Positions 63,874 to 64,000 of a stretch of 64,000 nucleotides of DNA are shown here, piece by piece. This DNA is from Octopus bimaculoides. Lineage: Eukaryota. Numbering within the stretch: the stretch's first letter is position 1; every line of letters starts with the position of its first letter. The position numbers and the translations under genes were made by a program. The notes under the pieces were generated by a model. It had not been told where the DNA came from. It saw only the letters and a list, made by a program, of their open reading frames with translations, and ran no database searches. The stretch spans positions 133,532,883 through 133,596,882 of the forward strand of contig NC_068984.1 in assembly GCF_001194135.2 (NCBI RefSeq), read 5' to 3'.

Positions 63874-64000
63874 ATATCTATATTTATTTTTATTTATTTA
63901 TGGGTTTCAGCCAAGTGGCTGCGGTCATGCTGGTGCACCACCGTGATTTTCACGTTCCTTGCATGGCTCTTCTCCCCCACCTGATATGGTCCAATCAAGA

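Overview
AT-rich animal genomic DNA, dense in microsatellites and SINEs. The repeat content best fits a coleoid cephalopod (Octopus-like) draft assembly; that assignment is an inference. There are three N-gaps (8614-8656, 14639-14660, 53092-53205), and the last is preceded by an Illumina adapter remnant. The main gene is glutamate-cysteine ligase catalytic subunit (GCLC) on the minus strand. I traced 15 coding exons by hand from 47701 to the stop at 3518, all with GT-AG sites and consistent phases. Exon 15 runs into an undersized gap, and coding exon 1 was not found in the window. Nested antisense in its 8.1-kb intron 7 is an apparently intact 3-exon gene for a secreted collagen + C1q-domain protein (~435 aa) with its own TATA box and polyA signal. 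One plus-strand exon of an unidentified convergent gene lies at 136-246. The rest is intronic or intergenic: tRNA-type SINEs, RTE/L2/RLE/Penelope retroelement remnants, a Gypsy remnant with one LTR, and mariner/pogo/hAT/piggyBac/Helentron-type non-autonomous elements. Other oddities are a 200-codon minus-strand frame broken by a single TGA (1016-1615), a CpG-decayed 28S rRNA fragment (49744-49886), a nested inverted rearrangement (32640-33166) and long hairpins. All calls are by eye, with no database searches.
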